Of a stretch of DNA of 64,000 bases, positions 62,962 through 64,000 are shown in pieces. Below the pieces are notes generated by a model, which had not been told where the DNA came from, did not search any database, and worked only from the letters and a program-made list of their open reading frames with translations. Made by a program: the position numbers and the translations under genes. The first letter of the stretch is position 1; each line of letters opens with the position of its first letter. This DNA comes from an uncultured Oscillospiraceae bacterium (GTDB taxonomy: Bacteria > Bacillota > Clostridia > Acetivibrionales > DTU013): NCBI GenBank assembly GCA_964490975.1, contig CAZBEQ010000012.1, positions 1,559 to 65,558 of the forward strand, given 5' to 3'.

Positions 62962-63055
62962 ATAAGAATTTCCTTTGGAAATTTTATGCTTGGGTAAGAA
63001 AGTTTTTCTACAAACAAACAAACAAATCTCCATACCGAAGTGTTATAATAGGAGT

Positions 63056-63520
63056 ATGAAAGAATTGGATTTACAGGGGGTATTTATGAGTTGGCTTTTT
63101 ATGATATTTTGTAATGCATTCGGCTGGATTATTTTTAGCTGTATTGATTATATTGAAGAAACGTGGAATCAGGATTTTATTGATCCAATTTGTATCATAC
63201 TTCCATTTATGGCAGCAATCATATATGCTGTAAGAGAAAATATTCACAGGAAGCAGAAGCCGGTTACATTAAAAGAGATGTTTATATTTTCAATAAAATG
63301 GATTGTAACAGGAGTTATATTTGCATTACCAATTAGTTATCTGGCACTTAGTAATAATTGGATTGTTAAACAGGCGTCAGAAGGCTGGGAACACTTTTTA
63401 AATGGATTTGAATATGTCGTGTTTAGCTTTTTCTTTATCATTGGAGCATTGCTTATTATCATTATATGGAATGCTGTCAAATGGATTTATTCAAAAAATA
63501 AAAGAATTAAAGAGTCATGA
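63056..63520 (+). CDS. Hypothetical four-TM membrane protein
   Basis: Start re-set to the ATG at 63056 (AGGAG RBS). 154 aa, hydrophobic. It is preceded directly by a third copy of the 13-mer CGAAGTGTTATAA (63036-63048). Confidence 0.5.
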   Translation: MKELDLQGVFMSWLFMIFCNAFGWIIFSCIDYIEETWNQDFIDPICIILPFMAAIIYAVRENIHRKQKPVTLKEMFIFSIKWIVTGVIFALPISYLALSNNWIVKQASEGWEHFLNGFEYVVFSFFFIIGALLIIIIWNAVKWIYSKNKRIKES

Positions 63521-63720
63521 GATTCCAATTTATCAAATAATTCATTTTTCCAGAAAGTTGTTGATTTTTTCATACAGCAGAGTATAATAGTAGATAGGTC
63601 AAGGAAAGTCAAAGTCAGCACATAAGATTTGCAGATTACAGATTTGAGAACAGATACATAATATAGATAATGCGATAATAAGGTATTGCGGCTTTGAACA
63701 AACCTTTGCGAGGTGATTGT

Positions 63721-64000
63721 ATGAAATACAGGGATTATTATGAGATCCTGGGAGTCGATAAAAAAGCATCAGCTGATGAGATAAAAAAGGCATATAGAAA
63801 AATGGCGAAAAAGTACCATCCGGATGCACATCCCGGCGATAAGGCGGCTGAGGACAAGTTCAAGGAGGCAAATGAAGCGTACGAAGTCCTCGGGGACATT
63901 GAAAAAAGAAAGAAGTATGACCAATTTGGAAGGGATGGACAGTTTTATAACGGAGCGGATTTTGATCCTTCGAAGTACGGTTTTGAAAATGGGACCAGAT
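63721..64000 (+). CDS. J-domain protein (DnaJ/CbpA-like), 3'-truncated by the window edge
   Basis: Not in the ORF track because it runs off the end. ATG at 63721 after a [69 protein letters not shown] contains the HPD motif. Confidence 0.85.
   Translation, partial: MKYRDYYEILGVDKKASADEIKKAYRKMAKKYHPDAHPGDKAAEDKFKEANEAYEVLGDIEKRKKYDQFGRDGQFYNGADFDPSKYGFENGTR

Noticed and set aside
63521-63720. Looked for a CIRCE (TTAGCACTC-N9-GAGTGCTAA) heat-shock operator upstream of the J-domain gene.
   Set aside because: No such inverted repeat is present. Only a plausible sigma-A promoter (TTGATT, 16 nt, TATAAT) is visible.

Overview
This window reads as a chromosomal segment from a Firmicutes/Clostridia-like genome: about 40% GC, AGGAGG-type ribosome-binding sites, sigma-A-like promoters and GC-stem/T-run terminators. 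I support about 55 protein genes and no rRNA, tRNA or CRISPR array. All protein identities rest on motifs I recognise by eye; no searches were run.

Housekeeping genes include:
- DNA repair and RNA processing: xth, a DinG-like helicase-nuclease, a family-6 UDG and a CCA-adding enzyme.
- Cell envelope and protein quality control: htrA and a murA-like gene.
- Other: engB and fabI.

These are interleaved with accessory modules and an unusual number of short gene relics.

The most interesting items are:
1. A GntR-controlled operon at 13.8-19.0 kb. It joins a LarA-family nickel-pincer racemase/epimerase, with all four catalytic or cofactor residues at canonical positions, to a split UxaA/SuyAB-type dehydratase and a GntP permease. 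A 68-bp near-perfect palindrome overlaps its promoter.
2. A c-di-GMP-I (GEMM) riboswitch plus terminator in front of a minimal cheY-cheW-mcp module.
3. A Phd/YefM-antitoxin-like domain fused to a Uma2 (PD-(D/E)xK) endonuclease, with its own promoter.
4. A serine-palmitoyltransferase-like alpha-oxoamine synthase clustered with an SDR, a glycosyltransferase-like protein and FabI.
5. A dispersed family of intergenic repeats (G-run ... CGCNTCGTT(A/G)(T/A)AAC plus CGAAGTGTTATAA modules) at 52.3, 56.3 and 62.8-63.0 kb.
6. An orphan promoter/leader/terminator with riboswitch-like alternative pairings at 29.3 kb.
7. A thioester-less giant alpha-2-macroglobulin next to an exported Memo-like protein and a MurA paralogue carrying Asp at the catalytic Cys position.
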